A DNA stretch of 64,000 nucleotides from positions 553 to 64,552 of the forward strand of contig WJIW01000254.1 of NCBI GenBank assembly GCA_014730065.1, in the 5' to 3' direction. A model generated the notes under the pieces. That model was not told the origin of the DNA, made no database searches, and was given only the letters and a program-made list of their open reading frames with translations. Source of the stretch: Armatimonadia bacterium (GTDB lineage: Bacteria > Armatimonadota > Zipacnadia > UBA1398). Position numbers and translations under genes: made by a program. Position 1 is the first letter of the stretch; each line of letters starts with the position of its first letter. This document shows positions 10,032 to 19,747 of this stretch, one piece after another.

Positions 10032-12191
10032 TCACTGCCTCACCGCCTTACGCTGCCTTCGGAACAGAGCCGTCCCGACCACGCCCGCCACGGCGACCAA
10101 GCCAACCAGGGTCAGGATGATGCTGAGGACGCCATCCACGAACAGGGCTGATGCCACGAGCACCAGGCCGCCCATGGCCGTGATCAGGGCGTAGAAATGG
10201 ACCGAGCCCGTCTGCAGAAGCTGGAGGATCCCGCCGAGCATGAACACCGCGGCCGGGCCCGCGTGCACCAGCACCCGGTCCACGATCTCCCGGTCGATCC
10301 AGCCCGCCGCCGACTTCAGCTTCAGAGTCAGCCACGCCCATCCGCGCACGAAGATCCGGTCCAGCACGTGCAGGTCGAACCGGGCGACCACGATCATCAG
10401 GCCGATGCCGATCCGGGCCAAGAAAAGGTAGAACTCATCGATGTAGTACTTGTTGGCAAGCAGCGCCCGCACACCCCGCAGGGGCGCCGAGCGTGCCGCC
10501 ATGGAGCGGGTGCGCTCCGGCCCCCGGCCCCACAGGAGCACGCCGAGGAAGATACCCGCGGCCACACATCCCGTGGCGATCCAGCCAACGGTCATCTCGG
10601 CGGCATGGTGGGCCGCGTCGTCGTGCCGGCCTCCATGCCCGGCGTCGGTCCCGTGGGCGGCTTCGCCGTGGTGGGCACCGGCCGCCGCCGTCGTCTCCGC
10701 GTGGAAGGCGTAGCCGTGGTCCAGCCAAGACTCGAAGGGGTGCGCGAACCACCCCGCGGCCAGGGCGAAAACCGAGAGCACGATGAGGGGCACGGTCATG
10801 TTCGGCGGGGTCTCGTGGGCATGCTCGGCCACATGGCGGTCCCGTGTCTTGCCGAAGAAAGTCAGGCAGATGAGCCGGGTCATGTAGAAGGGCGTGAGGA
10901 AGGCCCCGGCTATGCCCAGCCACGCCAGCACGGGGGTCTTCAGCCACGCCGCCACGAGGATCATCTCTTTGCTGTGGAAACCCGAGAACCCGTACCAGCC
11001 GGGGATCCCCAGTCCCATGAGCGCCAGGGTGCCGATGGCGAAGGTCACGAACGTGATGGGCATGGTCCGCATCAGGCCGCCCATCTTCTTCATGTCTTGC
11101 TCGTGGTGGCACCCGATGATAACCGAGCCCGAGCCCAGGAACAGCAGGGCCTTGAAGAACGCGTGGGTCAGCAGATGGAAGAAGCCGGCGAAGAAGGCGC
11201 CCACACCCAGCCCCAGCATCATGTACCCGAGCTGGCTGATGGTGGAGTACGCCAGAACCCGCTTGATGTCGTCCTGGGCGATGGCGATGGTCGCGGCGAA
11301 CACCGCGGTGAACCCGCCGATGACCGCGATCCACTTCATGGCATCGTACGGGCCATTGCCCGCCGTGGCCTGGATCACCGGCTGCATCCGGTAGATCATC
11401 CATACCCCCGCGGCCACCATGGTCGCGGCGTGGATGAGCGCCGAGACGGGCGTGGGGCCCTCCATGGCGTCGGGCAGCCAGACGTGCAGCGGGAACTGAG
11501 CCGACTTGCCCACGGCGCCGGCGAACAGGCCCAGAGAGATGAGGAACAGCATGGGCGAGCTGACCTCGCCGGCGGTCACCTTGGTGAAGATCTCCCTCAG
11601 ATCCAGCGAGCGGGTGGCCACGAAGAGGGCGATGATGGCGATGGTGAAGCCCACATCACCCAGGCGGGTCGTCAGGAAGGCCTTCTTGCACGCTCTGGCC
11701 GCCTCGGGCTTGTGGAACCAGAACCCGATGAGCAGGTAGCTCATCAGCCCCACCAGCTCCCAGCACATGAACAGCAAGATCAGGTTGCTGGAGAGGACCA
11801 AGCCCAGCATGGATGACGAAAACAGGGCGAGGAAGGCGAAGAAGCGCGCGTACAGAGGGTCGTCGTGCATGTAGCCCGTGGAGTAGATCATCACCAGCAG
11901 GGCCACGACGGCGACCATGCTGAGCATGATCGCCGCGGGAGCGTCCACGGTCATACTGAAGAAGAAGCTCCGACCCACGTGGGCCCACTCGAAGCCCGCC
12001 GTGAAGGGCTCGCCACCCGTGAGGCAATAGCCCAGGGAGCCCAGGGCCCACAGGGTCGACACGCTCATGGCCGCGATGGGCAGCCCCGCGCCGCGCCCGG
12101 GGGCCCTATCGCCGAAGACGATGACAATGGCGAAGGCCACCACCGGCAGAGCCGGGACCACGTATGCCGTTTGTGCGAAGAACTCCAGCAA
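10032..12191 (-). CDS. nuoL: NADH-quinone oxidoreductase subunit L (with His-rich insertion and long C-terminal extension)
   Basis: 719 aa, TTG start after GAGGGG. Conserved …FPLHVWLPDAMEGPTPVSALIHAATMVAAGV… Extra His-rich loop HAETTAAAGAHHGEAAHGTDAGHGGRHDDAAHHAAE (~aa 497-530) and ~180-aa C-terminal helix/TM region. Confidence 0.85.
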   Translation of the reverse strand: MLEFFAQTAYVVPALPVVAFAIVIVFGDRAPGRGAGLPIAAMSVSTLWALGSLGYCLTGGEPFTAGFEWAHVGRSFFFSMTVDAPAAIMLSMVAVVALLVMIYSTGYMHDDPLYARFFAFLALFSSSMLGLVLSSNLILLFMCWELVGLMSYLLIGFWFHKPEAARACKKAFLTTRLGDVGFTIAIIALFVATRSLDLREIFTKVTAGEVSSPMLFLISLGLFAGAVGKSAQFPLHVWLPDAMEGPTPVSALIHAATMVAAGVWMIYRMQPVIQATAGNGPYDAMKWIAVIGGFTAVFAATIAIAQDDIKRVLAYSTISQLGYMMLGLGVGAFFAGFFHLLTHAFFKALLFLGSGSVIIGCHHEQDMKKMGGLMRTMPITFVTFAIGTLALMGLGIPGWYGFSGFHSKEMILVAAWLKTPVLAWLGIAGAFLTPFYMTRLICLTFFGKTRDRHVAEHAHETPPNMTVPLIVLSVFALAAGWFAHPFESWLDHGYAFHAETTAAAGAHHGEAAHGTDAGHGGRHDDAAHHAAEMTVGWIATGCVAAGIFLGVLLWGRGPERTRSMAARSAPLRGVRALLANKYYIDEFYLFLARIGIGLMIVVARFDLHVLDRIFVRGWAWLTLKLKSAAGWIDREIVDRVLVHAGPAAVFMLGGILQLLQTGSVHFYALITAMGGLVLVASALFVDGVLSIILTLVGLVAVAGVVGTALFRRQRKAVRQ

Positions 12192-12193
12192 GG

Positions 12194-12532
12194 CTAGCCC
12201 CTCAACAGCTTCAGCTCATCGGCTTCCACAGTCCTGCGAAGCTTGAACATGGCCACGATGATCGCGAGCCCTACGGCGGCCTCGGCCACGGCCACGGTGA
12301 TCATGAACACGACCAGCAATTGTCCCAGCACCTGCCCCTCGCCCACACCCGACCGGCTGAAGGCGGCGATGTTCACATTCACCGCGTTCAGCATGATCTC
12401 GATGGAGAGCAGCATGCCGATGGCGTTCCGGCGGGAGATCAGGCCGAACAGTCCGATGGCGAACAGCAGGGCCGCGAAGACCAGATAGTAGCCCGTCGGT
12501 ACCGTCTCGGGGAGGATGTCCTCGATGCTCAA
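12194..12532 (-). CDS. nuoK: NADH-quinone oxidoreductase subunit K
   Basis: 112 aa, three TM helices, conserved …LLSIEIMLNAVNVNIAAFS… Lies between nuoJ and nuoL. Confidence 0.85.
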   Translation of the reverse strand: MSIEDILPETVPTGYYLVFAALLFAIGLFGLISRRNAIGMLLSIEIMLNAVNVNIAAFSRSGVGEGQVLGQLLVVFMITVAVAEAAVGLAIIVAMFKLRRTVEADELKLLRG

Positions 12533-13194
12533 GGGCCCGCCCCCCCTGCGTCTTCATCGTCGCTGGCATCAGCACCGGTATCGGCGGTCTCCTGCTCGAG
12601 CGCCTCCTTGGGCGATAGGGCTCCCGTGGGATGCTTCTGCTTCAGCGGGTGGGCGATGAGCACCGCTCCGACCATGGCCACCAGCAGCAGCACCGACGCG
12701 ATCTCGAAGGGCAGCAGGTAATCGCGCAGCATGGCCGGCGAGAACTCGTCCACGGGATCGATCTCCTCGGGCACGTCGGTGATCACCACGCGCTCGGCCA
12801 GATCCAGGTCTGTGGGATGCATGAAGCCGCCCAGGGTGCCCTCTTCCTCCAGGCCAGCCAGGTAGCCCGAGCCGATGCCCATGAGCACCGCGAAGAAGAG
12901 GAGCGCAACCACCAGCGCGGGTCCGACCAAGCTGGTCTTCTGCCGGACGAACTCGCCCGTGACCCGGCGCACCAGCATCACGGCGAAAGCGAACAGAACG
13001 ACGACCCCGCCCGCGTAGATCATGAGCTGCATGACGCCCAGGATCGGCGCCCGCATCAGGAAGAACAGTCCGCCAATCCCGATCAGCGCCAGGAACAGGG
13101 AGACGACCGCCCGCAGGATGTGGGGCGTGGTGACGACGACTGCCGCCAGAATCAGCACGGGCACGGCCAGGCAGAAGAACACGAGCGTCTCCAT
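12529..13194 (-). CDS. nuoJ: NADH-quinone oxidoreductase subunit J (with acidic C-terminal tail)
   Basis: 221 aa, TM-rich; operon position between nuoI and nuoK; 4-nt overlap with nuoK. Confidence 0.8.
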   Translation of the reverse strand: METLVFFCLAVPVLILAAVVVTTPHILRAVVSLFLALIGIGGLFFLMRAPILGVMQLMIYAGGVVVLFAFAVMLVRRVTGEFVRQKTSLVGPALVVALLFFAVLMGIGSGYLAGLEEEGTLGGFMHPTDLDLAERVVITDVPEEIDPVDEFSPAMLRDYLLPFEIASVLLLVAMVGAVLIAHPLKQKHPTGALSPKEALEQETADTGADASDDEDAGGAGP

Positions 13195-13197
13195 GGC

Positions 13198-13755
13198 TTA
13201 CTCCTCGCCCCCCTCGTCGTCGGCTCCATCGGTCTGGTTGGCCTCGTACTCGCTCAGAGGCTCCGGCCTGAGCAGCCCCTCCAACTCGATCCGCATGGTG
13301 TGCACGTCGCCCGACGAGTACTTGAAATCTCGGGTGAGGTGAAGGCAGTCCACCGGGCAGACCTCGGCGCACAGGTTACAGTACATGCAGCGGGCCAGGT
13401 CGATGACGAACTCGTCGGGCCGGTTGACCTGCTTCTCCTCGCCCTCGGGAGTCGTGACGGTGACCTTCTTGCGGGTCACCAGGATGCAGTGATCGGGGCA
13501 GATCCGCTGGCATTGCCCGCAGGCGATGCAGATGGGGTCGCCCGTATCGTCCACCAGCACCCGGTGCTTGGCTCTCGTTCTCAGGCTCAGGTCCAGCTCC
13601 TGCTTCGGGTATGCCACCGTCACCCGCTCGCGCAGCCACGCGTTGTAGCCCGTCACCCGCAGGCCCTTCGCCGCGGTGATCAGCGACGACCACACGTACT
13701 GGAAGAAGGCGATGATGGGGTTGGAGGATACCTGGGTGCGGGGAACGTGACCCAT
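13198..13755 (-). CDS. nuoI: NADH-quinone oxidoreductase subunit I (2x[4Fe-4S] ferredoxin)
   Basis: C-terminal 185 aa of the over-long track ORF 13198..14784; ATG at 13755 is 2 nt after the nuoH stop. Two CxxCxxCxxxCP motifs (CIACGQCQRICP, CMYCNLCAEVCP). Confidence 0.85.
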   Translation of the reverse strand: MGHVPRTQVSSNPIIAFFQYVWSSLITAAKGLRVTGYNAWLRERVTVAYPKQELDLSLRTRAKHRVLVDDTGDPICIACGQCQRICPDHCILVTRKKVTVTTPEGEEKQVNRPDEFVIDLARCMYCNLCAEVCPVDCLHLTRDFKYSSGDVHTMRIELEGLLRPEPLSEYEANQTDGADDEGGEE

Positions 13756-13757
13756 GG

Positions 13758-14852
13758 CTACGGACCCACCCATGCCACATGGGCCACGGCGATGGCCACG
13801 TTGATGAGGGCCAAGGGGATGAGGCCCTTCCACGCCACCTGGAGCATCTGGTCGATGCGGACACGGGGCAGGGTCCACTTGACCCACATCATGCCGTAGA
13901 TCAGTGCCGTGATCTTCACGAAGTACCATACGATGCCATCGCCGAAGATCTGCCAGATCCCCTCGCCCTCGGAGACGATGGGCGAGCTCCACCCGCCGAA
14001 GAAGATGGTCGCCGCGATCCCCGCCACGAGTGCCGTGTTCGAGAACTCGGCCAGGAAGAAAATCGCAAATCGCATGCCCGAGTACTCGGTGTTGAAGCCC
14101 GAGACCAGCTCCGACTCGGCCTCGGGGAGATCGAAGGGCTGGCGGTTCACCTCGGCCAAGGCCGCAACCAAGTACAGGACCGACGCGATGAGCCCCGGGA
14201 TCGTGAAGCAGTACCAACCAGCGAATGGGGTCTCTGGCGGGGCTAGGCTCCACCGCCCGCCCGCCTGGTTCCGCACGATGTCGTCCATGGACAGGGTGCC
14301 CGCCATCATGATGACGACGACCACCGACAGGAACATGGGGATCTCGTAGGTGATGAGCTGGGCCGCCGCCCGCATCCCGCCCAGGAGCGACCACTTGTTG
14401 TTGCTGGCCCACCCCGCCACGATAACGCCCACCACGCCCAACGAGCCCACCGACAGCAGATACCACAGGCCCACGTTCAAGTCGGCGGCGATCCAGCCCT
14501 TGCCGAAGGGGATCACCACATAGACGAGGACGGCGGGCACGAAAGCGATGAAGGGCGCGATGCAAAACACCAAGCGGTCGGCCTGGCGGGGGATGGTGTC
14601 CTCCTTGGTAAGGAGCTTCAGGGCGTCCCACACCGACTGGAACACGCCAATGGGGCCGTGATGGAGGGGTCCCACGCGTGACTGGATGTCGGCCGAGACC
14701 TTCCGCTCGGCCCAGATCAGGATGAGCACCGAGACGGCCACGAGCACCAGGATCCACAGCAGCGGAACCAGGTGCACGATCCACGGCACGGCATCGTACA
14801 GGGGCTGCACGAGACCGTTGACGAGACTCTCTAGCCAGCCGCGCTCCTCCAT
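13758..14852 (-). CDS. nuoH: NADH-quinone oxidoreductase subunit H
   Basis: 364 aa, typical NuoH/ND1 sequence (…WAERKVSADIQSRVGP…, …EAESELVSGFNTEYSGMRFAIFFLAEF…). Confidence 0.9.
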   Translation of the reverse strand: MEERGWLESLVNGLVQPLYDAVPWIVHLVPLLWILVLVAVSVLILIWAERKVSADIQSRVGPLHHGPIGVFQSVWDALKLLTKEDTIPRQADRLVFCIAPFIAFVPAVLVYVVIPFGKGWIAADLNVGLWYLLSVGSLGVVGVIVAGWASNNKWSLLGGMRAAAQLITYEIPMFLSVVVVIMMAGTLSMDDIVRNQAGGRWSLAPPETPFAGWYCFTIPGLIASVLYLVAALAEVNRQPFDLPEAESELVSGFNTEYSGMRFAIFFLAEFSNTALVAGIAATIFFGGWSSPIVSEGEGIWQIFGDGIVWYFVKITALIYGMMWVKWTLPRVRIDQMLQVAWKGLIPLALINVAIAVAHVAWVGP

Positions 14853-14903
14853 GCCCAGTCTCCCGCCCCCGGCGGCGCCGAGGACTCCGTCCCTTCCGTG
14901 TTG

Positions 14904-16019
14904 CTAGCGGTCCACGTCACCGAGCACGATGTCGATGCTGCCCAGGATCGCTACCACGTCAGCCAGCTTCCAGCCGGCGAGAGCCTTCTCGATCAAGTGT
15001 AGGTTCGAGAAGCAGCCCGAGCGGATCTTCAGCCGATACGGGGCTTCGCCTCCGTCGCCGATGGCGAAATACCCGCACTCGCCCCGGCCTCCTTCTACTG
15101 CACCGTACGCCACGCCCTCGGGCGTCTTGAAACGGGCGGGGAGCTTGGTGCGGATGTCCCCCTCGGGCAGGCCATCCAGGGCCTGCCGGCATAGCTTGAT
15201 CGACTCCCGGATCTCCATAGTGCGGCAGGTAAGCCGATCCAGGCAGTCGCCGCGCTCCCCCGTGACCACGTCGAAGTCGAGCTTGTCGTACACGCCGTAC
15301 GGCGCATCCCGGCGTAGGTCGAAGTCCACGCCCGAGGCCCGGGCCACGGGGCCCGAGGCGCCGAAGGCTCTGCACCTCTCGGCCGACATGGTCCCCACGC
15401 CCTCGATGCGAGCACGGGCGACTCGGTTGTTGGTGAACACGTCGTCGTACTCGGGGAGGCGCGACTCGACGGTTTTCAGGACCCGCCGGATCTCGGCGTC
15501 CAGGCCGGAAGGCAGGTCCCAGCCCACGCCGCCCACACGAATATAGTGGCAGGTCATCCGTTGGCCACTGAGCTTCTCGAAGATGTCGAGGAGCAGCTCG
15601 CGCTCCCTGAAGGTGTACAGGAACATGGTGGTGGCGCCCACGTCCATGGCGAAGGTGCCCACGAAAACCAGGTGGCTGGCGATGCGGTACAGCTCGGAGC
15701 TGAGAACCCTAAGCCACTCCGCCCGCTCGGGGACCTCCACCTGGGCGAGCCGCTCGGCGGCCAGGGCCATGGCCCATTCGCTGGTAATGGGCGACAGATA
15801 GTCCAGGCGGTCCGGCAGGGGCATGGCACGGATCCAGCCGTTCTGCTCGGTGAGCTGCTCGTGGCAGCGGTGCAGGTAGCCGATGACGAAGCGGGCCGAC
15901 TCGATGACCTCGCCCCGGAGCCGGAGAAGCAGCCGCAGCACCCCATGGGTGGAGGGGTGCTGAGGGCCCATGTTGATGAGCATCTCCTCGTGATGTACCG
16001 GCTCCGCGTGCCCCTGCAT
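14904..16019 (-). CDS. nuoD: NADH-quinone oxidoreductase subunit D
   Basis: 371 aa; NuoD/49-kDa signature (INMGPQHPSTHGVLRL…, …RLDYLSP…, C-terminal …GDVDR). Confidence 0.9.
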   Translation of the reverse strand: MQGHAEPVHHEEMLINMGPQHPSTHGVLRLLLRLRGEVIESARFVIGYLHRCHEQLTEQNGWIRAMPLPDRLDYLSPITSEWAMALAAERLAQVEVPERAEWLRVLSSELYRIASHLVFVGTFAMDVGATTMFLYTFRERELLLDIFEKLSGQRMTCHYIRVGGVGWDLPSGLDAEIRRVLKTVESRLPEYDDVFTNNRVARARIEGVGTMSAERCRAFGASGPVARASGVDFDLRRDAPYGVYDKLDFDVVTGERGDCLDRLTCRTMEIRESIKLCRQALDGLPEGDIRTKLPARFKTPEGVAYGAVEGGRGECGYFAIGDGGEAPYRLKIRSGCFSNLHLIEKALAGWKLADVVAILGSIDIVLGDVDR

Positions 16020-16038
16020 CAGGCAGTATCCCGTTCCG

Positions 16039-16638
16039 CTAGTCGCCCTTGTCGGCGTCGTCCTCGGGCTTGGGCTTGGGTTTGGGCTTTGGCTTGGGCT
16101 TCGCCGCTCCGCCCCCGCCCCGCTTCCGCGCCTCGGCCACCTCGGGCCAGCGCTTCTCGGGCGTGTAGGTCAGGTCCGTCTGATCCTCGCTGTAGTCCTT
16201 GCGCAAGGGATGGCCGCGCCACTCGTCGGGGAGCAGGATCCGCGTCAGGTCCCGATGCCCGGCGAAGACGACCCCTAGCAGATCGTAGCACTCGCGCTCA
16301 TGCCACTCGGCCGTCGGGAAGAGGTCGGACACCGTTCGCACCGACTCACCATCCCGCGCGATGCTGGCGCTCACGAGGATCTCCAGCCGCCTCCCCTGGG
16401 AGCGCAGATGGTACCACAGGTCCATGTGACCCTCGGCCTCGTCGGTCGGTGGGTAGTCGGCGGCCGTTAGGAAGCTCAGGTAGTCGCACTGCACCGAGCC
16501 GTCCTTCAGCCGGCCCAAGACATCGGCGATGTGCGCGGCCTGGCAGCGGACCAGCACGTCCCGCTCCCGGGCCTCGACGGAGTCGGCCAAGTCGCCGAGA
16601 TCGGACTGGATCGAGTTGGCCGCTTCGTGCAGGTCCAT
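16039..16638 (-). CDS. nuoC: NADH-quinone oxidoreductase subunit C (with C-terminal (KP)5 repeat tail)
   Basis: 199 aa; NuoC/30-kDa core (…DLTAADYPP…WYHL…EWHERECYDLLGVVF…) followed by GGGGAAKPKPKPKPKPKPEDDADKGD. Confidence 0.85.
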   Translation of the reverse strand: MDLHEAANSIQSDLGDLADSVEARERDVLVRCQAAHIADVLGRLKDGSVQCDYLSFLTAADYPPTDEAEGHMDLWYHLRSQGRRLEILVSASIARDGESVRTVSDLFPTAEWHERECYDLLGVVFAGHRDLTRILLPDEWRGHPLRKDYSEDQTDLTYTPEKRWPEVAEARKRGGGGAAKPKPKPKPKPKPEDDADKGD

Positions 16639-16642
16639 GGAT

Positions 16643-17107
16643 CTACCTCACGGGCGAAATGGGGCCCTCACACTTCGCGATCTTCTCGCGAAGCTGCATG
16701 AACCCATCGATCAGGGCCTCGGGCCGAGGCGGGCAGCCCGGAACGTATACATCCACGGGGATAACCAGATCCACCCCGCGAACCACATGGTAGCCATCCA
16801 GGAAGGGGCCGCCGCAGTTGGCGCACGATCCCATGGATATGACGTACTTGGGCTCGGGCATCTGATCGTACAGCCGGCGCACCCGCTCGGCCATCTTGTG
16901 GGTCACCGTGCCCGAGACGATCATCACGTCGGCCTGGCGGGGCGTGGCACGGGGCATGACACCCCAGCGGTCGATATCGAAGCGGCTGGCCCAGGTGGCC
17001 ATCATCTCGATGGCGCAGCATGCCAGCCCAAAGGTCAGTGGCCATAGGGAGCGGAGGCGCGCCTGGTTGAAGACCCACTGCTCGACCTTCTCCGCCGGGC
17101 CGGCCAT
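16643..17107 (-). CDS. nuoB: NADH-quinone oxidoreductase subunit B
   Basis: Track ORF 16643..17494 carries a frame-artifact N-term overlapping nuoA. Real start taken at [36 protein letters not shown] (ATG 17107); Fe-S ligands CC…C…C ([13 protein letters not shown]) present. An upstream GTG alternative cannot be excluded. Confidence 0.8.
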   Translation of the reverse strand: MAGPAEKVEQWVFNQARLRSLWPLTFGLACCAIEMMATWASRFDIDRWGVMPRATPRQADVMIVSGTVTHKMAERVRRLYDQMPEPKYVISMGSCANCGGPFLDGYHVVRGVDLVIPVDVYVPGCPPRPEALIDGFMQLREKIAKCEGPISPVR

Positions 17108-17226
17108 ACCGGGAATGGAGCCCAGTACCGAGGTCCGGGCGAAGGGATAGCCCGCTCCGGCCGACTCGGGGGTTACGACCCGGCCTTCGTCCTCCCCTTG
17201 GCCCTCGGTCTTGGGATTCTCGGGGT

Positions 17227-17649
17227 CTACTCGGTGATCCACTCGAGGGCACCCTTCCGAAGCGCGTAGACCCAGCCCAGAAGCAGAATGGCCAGGAAGA
17301 CACCCATCTCGATCACGGCGAACCACGCACTGCCCAGGCCTTCGGCGCCGAAATAGTGGATGAAATCCCCAAGCTTCAGCGCCCACGGAATCAGGTACAC
17401 CGCTTCCACTTCGAAAACCACGAAAAGGAGGGCGATCAGGTAGAACTGGGCGGGGAACTGGAACCACGCGGATCCCACGGGCTCCTCGCCACATTCGTAG
17501 GTGCTCTGCTTCTCGTCATCGGGGCGGCGAGGCCGGAGCAGCCATGACGTGATAAGGGCGGCGGCCACGAAGCCGACTCCGCCCACGGCGAGGATAAGTA
17601 CCTGGAGATATGGATGGCTGCTCACGGAAGGGTCACCAGCGACCCTCAT
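17227..17649 (-). CDS. nuoA: NADH-quinone oxidoreductase subunit A
   Basis: 140 aa, three TM helices, conserved …YECGEEP… motif; first gene of the nuo operon. Confidence 0.8.
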   Translation of the reverse strand: MRVAGDPSVSSHPYLQVLILAVGGVGFVAAALITSWLLRPRRPDDEKQSTYECGEEPVGSAWFQFPAQFYLIALLFVVFEVEAVYLIPWALKLGDFIHYFGAEGLGSAWFAVIEMGVFLAILLLGWVYALRKGALEWITE

Positions 17650-17704
17650 TCGCGGGGTCGACTACTTCTCCTCCACGCCCCTCTTCCGCTTTCGCAGCCT
17701 GAGA

Positions 17705-18115
17705 TCACGTGCCGCTCTCGGCGGCCCGGAGATTCTGGTGGTGGCGGACGCGTATTCGGATGATCCCCTGAATGCCGGTCGCCAGATCGCTCTTGAGCAC
17801 GCAGAACAAGTACCTCTCATGCTCGGACGTGGTGACCATCACGGTGTCCCGGGCGTCCTTCATGGTGACGGCGCTCAGGATCTCAGCGTAGTCCAGGTCG
17901 ATCGCGTCCGAGGCGGCAGCATAGTCGGGCTCGAAGTGGACCCCCTGGCTGTCCAGAACCAGTCTGCCCGTCCGTGGCGCGAACTCATGGTCGATGGGTC
18001 GCAGCACGGCGTAGTCCATCACGAAGTACTCCGTGACCTTGGCGACCTGCTCCACCGCCGTCTGCCAGAACTCCGACTCCCCCGTCACACTCCGGCCCTG
18101 GGTGTCCTTTGTCAT
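17705..18115 (-). CDS. Hypothetical cytoplasmic protein (137 aa)
   Basis: Track ORF trimmed to MTKDTQGRSVTGESEFWQ… (ATG 18115 after AAGGTGA). No recognisable family; no TM or signal. Confidence 0.4.
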   Translation of the reverse strand: MTKDTQGRSVTGESEFWQTAVEQVAKVTEYFVMDYAVLRPIDHEFAPRTGRLVLDSQGVHFEPDYAAASDAIDLDYAEILSAVTMKDARDTVMVTTSEHERYLFCVLKSDLATGIQGIIRIRVRHHQNLRAAESGT

Positions 18116-18319
18116 CGAATCACCTTCTCTCGGCCGGGCCCTATGAATGGAGCCCGGACGCGGAGGCGTGGAGGTAGGCGACACCAGCAAGGTGACTCCA
18201 ACCCCGGAAGGCTCCCCGCAAAGGTGTCTTGCCTCAATCGACCATCGGTTTACCACGCTCGATGGCATTGGGGCGAGTCTAGTTAAGACGGACTCGGGCG
18301 GGGTAGGGGCGCGCCCTAC

Positions 18320-19702
18320 CTACGTCGGCCGCTCCCGGACGGGAAACTCGGCCGAATCCACCCGCGCCTCGGAGAACAGCTTCTCGGCCCGGTCGACGGC
18401 ACTGGGGAGCTCGCTCGAGACATCGTGCTCCTCGCCGAGGTCGCGATCCAGCCGGTAGATCTCTATGGGCGCCTCTCGGTTCCGCCGCCTGACCGCCTTG
18501 ATATCGCCCATCCGCACCGCCTGGTGGAAGCCACCCTCGTGGAACTCCCAGTACAGGTAGTCGTGGTGGGGGGCGGTTCCGCCGGTGAGGGCGCCCGCCA
18601 TGGAGAGCCCATCGATGCCCGACGGCCCCGACGTGCCCGCCAGCTCGGCGGCCGTTGGCAGGAAGTCCCAGAAGGCCCAGGGATGGTCGCTGACCACGCC
18701 GGCGGGCCCTCCCTGGGGCCAGCGCACGATCATGGGAACCCGGATGCCTCCCTCGTGTAGGTCACGCTTGATGCCCCGCAGCGGCCCGTTGCTGTCGAAA
18801 AAGTCGGGATCGGCCCCGCCCTCGCGGTGGGGGCCATTGTCGCTGGTGAAGAGGATCACCGTCTCGTCATCGATGCCGAGGGCCTCCAGGCGCCGCAGAA
18901 GCCGGCCCACGTCCCGGTCCAGCCGATCGATCATCGCGGCATGGCCCTTCTGGGGGTTGGGCCAGTCTCGGTCGGCGTACCGGCCGTAGGCCGGGACCTC
19001 CATGCCGTCGCCCGTCTCACGGCCCAGCTCGTTGTTCGCGTGAGGCACGGTATAGGCCATATAGAGAAAGAACGGGTCCCGTGCGTGGCGGGTCACGAAG
19101 TCCAGGCCTCGCTCGGTGAACAGATCATGGGTGTACGTCTCACGCCGTCCGCCCCGATTGCCGGGGAGCGGGTAGCGCTCTTGGTTCTCCCACACATAGT
19201 CGGGGTAGTAGTTGTGGGCCCGGCCCTGATGCAGGTATCCGAACCACTCGTCGAATCCCTGGAGGTTGGGCACGCCGGAGCTGCCCTCTCGGCCCAGACC
19301 CCACTTGCCGAAGATGCCCGTCCGGTACCCGGCGTCGCGAAGCACCTCGGCCACGGTCACGTCCTCGGGCTCCAGGGGCACGCCGCCATTGCCGCGCACC
19401 CGGGCATGACCCATGTGCAGACCGGTCATCAGCCCACAGCGCGATGGGGCGCAGACGGTGCTGGCCGCGTAGCAGTCGGTGAACCGGATGCCCTCGTGGG
19501 CCAACCGATCGATGTTGGGTGTGGTGAGGATCTCCTGGCCGTAGCAGCCCAGGTCTCCGTATCCCAGGTCGTCGGCCATGATATAGATGATATTGGGCGC
19601 CCTGCCATCGCCGCCCACGCGGCCCTGCGCCCAGGCGCCCGGTACCGCGGCGATCGACGCCGCCAAGCCGGCCATACCCTTCAATGCCTGCCGCCGGTCC
19701 AC
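18320..19702 (-). CDS. Arylsulfatase (Cys-type sulfatase family), Tat/Sec-exported
   Basis: 460 aa. Signal MDRRQALKGMAGLAASIAAVPGAWAQ. Sulfatase signature IMADDLGYGDLGCYG and FGly motif CAPSRCGLMTG (C-x-P-S-R). Confidence 0.85.
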   Translation of the reverse strand: MDRRQALKGMAGLAASIAAVPGAWAQGRVGGDGRAPNIIYIMADDLGYGDLGCYGQEILTTPNIDRLAHEGIRFTDCYAASTVCAPSRCGLMTGLHMGHARVRGNGGVPLEPEDVTVAEVLRDAGYRTGIFGKWGLGREGSSGVPNLQGFDEWFGYLHQGRAHNYYPDYVWENQERYPLPGNRGGRRETYTHDLFTERGLDFVTRHARDPFFLYMAYTVPHANNELGRETGDGMEVPAYGRYADRDWPNPQKGHAAMIDRLDRDVGRLLRRLEALGIDDETVILFTSDNGPHREGGADPDFFDSNGPLRGIKRDLHEGGIRVPMIVRWPQGGPAGVVSDHPWAFWDFLPTAAELAGTSGPSGIDGLSMAGALTGGTAPHHDYLYWEFHEGGFHQAVRMGDIKAVRRRNREAPIEIYRLDRDLGEEHDVSSELPSAVDRAEKLFSEARVDSAEFPVRERPT

Positions 19703-19747
19703 TCGACCACTCCTCCCGGTCCGAGGTGGAGCAGCGCCGCCTCGGCC

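Noticed and set aside
10197-11816. 539-aa plus-strand ORF antisense to nuoL
   Set aside because: Antisense to a highly conserved membrane-protein gene; composition is Gly/Arg/His/Asp-rich with no domain signature.
13198-14784. 528-aa minus-strand ORF spanning nuoI and most of nuoH
   Set aside because: Only the C-terminal 185 aa (nuoI) are genuine. The upstream 340 aa are an out-of-frame read-through overlapping the bona fide nuoH ORF (13758..14852) and have junk composition.
15546-16793. 415-aa plus-strand ORF across nuoD/nuoC/nuoB
   Set aside because: Spans three conserved nuo genes on the opposite strand; Arg/Pro/Ser-rich junk.
16643-17494. Long-form nuoB (283 aa) overlapping nuoA
   Set aside because: The N-terminal 129 aa are an alternative-frame read-through of nuoA; NuoB homology begins at [11 protein letters not shown].
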